DNA of 34,555 bases from Verrucomicrobiota bacterium. Its GTDB lineage: Bacteria; Verrucomicrobiota; Verrucomicrobiia; Chthoniobacterales; JAFAMB01. Within the stretch, counting starts at the first letter, position 1. Every line of letters starts with the position of its first letter. A program made the position numbers and the translations under genes. Below are positions 33,641-34,555 of this stretch, piece by piece. The stretch covers positions 1 to 34,555 of the forward strand of contig JAFAVN010000187.1 in the NCBI GenBank assembly GCA_019242435.1, written 5' to 3'. A model generated the notes under the pieces. That model saw only the letters and a list, made by a program, of their open reading frames with translations. It was not told where the DNA came from and made no database searches.

Positions 33641-34555
33641 AGACTGATTTTTCCATCGGACCTATCGGCGAGCGATTGGCCCGATCGCGCGAAGCCTGGT
33701 TGATTCTTCTTCTGATCATTCTGGTCAGCAGCACAGCGTCTATGAACGCTCGCTTTTTGGGCGCAGAAGACATCAAAGACCTGATGTTAAATGTTTCACT
33801 GATTGCACTGCTGGCGATTGGTCAAAGCATACCGATCATTATGCGACAGATCGATTTATCGGTCGGTTCAATCGTGGGAATCACCGCTTTCCTCAGCGGG
33901 CTGATCTTTTTCGATCATCCCGGTACCCCTGGCATACTGGTGTTTGTGGTCGGGACGGGAGTCGGTCTGATCCTGGGAGCAATCAATGCGGCTTTAATCG
34001 TCTGGGGAAAGGTCCCCTCTCTCATCGCTACTCTAGGCACCCTGTATATTTATCGAGGCGCTAATTATGCCTGGGTACATGGCCGGCAGATCAATGCTGC
34101 CAATGTCCCGAGCTCTTTTCTGGCGTTAGGCCATATCGGATTTCTGGGAATCCCGGTGCTGATGTGGATCGTGATAATATTTTTAATGTTGGCAGGAACG
34201 GTTCTTCGCCAATTCCCAATTGGACGAGAGTGCTACGCCATCGGCAGCAACCCGGCTGCTGCGATACTGGCGGGGATCAACGTCCCCCGGCGGGTATCTA
34301 CCGGCTTTCTGGTGTCCGGTGCGGTCGCAGGGCTGACCGGCGTACTTTGGCTGGCCCGTTTCGGGACAGTCGACGCTACCGCTGGGTTAGGCATTGAGTT
34401 CCAGGTCGTCACAGCTGCAGTGGTAGGTGGCGTGTCGATTACCGGCGGATCCGGGACAGTCATTGGGGCCGCTCTCGGAGCATTGTTGCTGGGGGTGTTC
34501 AACAGCGCTCTAGTGGTTCTGCGAGCACCGCCTTTCTGGCAACAAGCCTTCCAAG
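33637..34555 (+). CDS. Sugar ABC transporter permease (RbsC-like), 3' end truncated by the window
   Basis: The ATG overlaps the upstream stop (ATGA). I translated the frame by hand to the window end and found no stop. It contains [10 protein letters not shown] and [26 protein letters not shown], typical of the ribose/xylose permease family. Confidence 0.85.
   Translation, partial: MKTDFSIGPIGERLARSREAWLILLLIILVSSTASMNARFLGAEDIKDLMLNVSLIALLAIGQSIPIIMRQIDLSVGSIVGITAFLSGLIFFDHPGTPGILVFVVGTGVGLILGAINAALIVWGKVPSLIATLGTLYIYRGANYAWVHGRQINAANVPSSFLALGHIGFLGIPVLMWIVIIFLMLAGTVLRQFPIGRECYAIGSNPAAAILAGINVPRRVSTGFLVSGAVAGLTGVLWLARFGTVDATAGLGIEFQVVTAAVVGGVSITGGSGTVIGAALGALLLGVFNSALVVLRAPPFWQQAFQ

Noticed and set aside
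1-34555. Scan by eye for CRISPR arrays, tRNA/rRNA genes, transposases, integrases and known defence-system genes
   Set aside because: I found no spaced direct repeats of CRISPR size, no T-loop-type GGTTCGAAT motifs in intergenic DNA, and no nuclease, ATPase, reverse transcriptase or recombinase ORFs. The only repeats are the short tandem 8-9-mers reported above.

Overview
Moderately GC-rich bacterial chromosomal segment of 34,555 bp with about 27 protein-coding genes on both strands. By eye I find no rRNA, tRNA, CRISPR array, transposase, integrase or phage genes. The gene content (TIGR03118-like secreted protein, DUF1349, Tat-exported ferritin-like protein, frequent TTG/GTG starts) resembles soil Acidobacteriota-type genomes, but that is a guess. 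Gene order from left to right is as follows. First come a class I disulfide oxidoreductase, a DPP-IV/S9 peptidase, a PAP2 phosphatase and three secreted or unknown proteins. Next is an ECF sigma factor with a ZAS anti-sigma factor. A metal/metalloid-flavoured block follows: Tat multicopper oxidase, ChrA, PadR, a single-Cys ArsC-like phosphatase, a DUF2064/TIGR04282-type transferase, and a radical SAM enzyme with an N-terminal Cys-less TusA-like domain. After that come a signal-less PhnD-like PBP-fold protein paired with an ACAD-fold flavoprotein lacking the MCAD-type catalytic Glu, then a Tat ferritin-like protein and a CDF transporter with three tandem cytoplasmic domains. The window ends with a LysR-flanked RND-MFP-MFS efflux operon, a two-TM membrane protein, and an AraA-like isomerase with a ribose-type ABC importer cut by the window end. 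The best candidate for an undescribed system is the DUF2064 + TusA-fused radical SAM pair, transcribed divergently from the ArsC-like gene (14276-16993). It lacks the ArsS-type radical SAM and the second transferase that normally accompany DUF2064. It also shares a 36-nt promoter-like module (30/36 identical) with the multicopper-oxidase promoter 4.5 kb away. Several spacers carry GGAG/CTCC-cored tandem 8-9-mers, partly arranged as long inverted repeats. All family calls come from motif recognition by eye, not from database searches.
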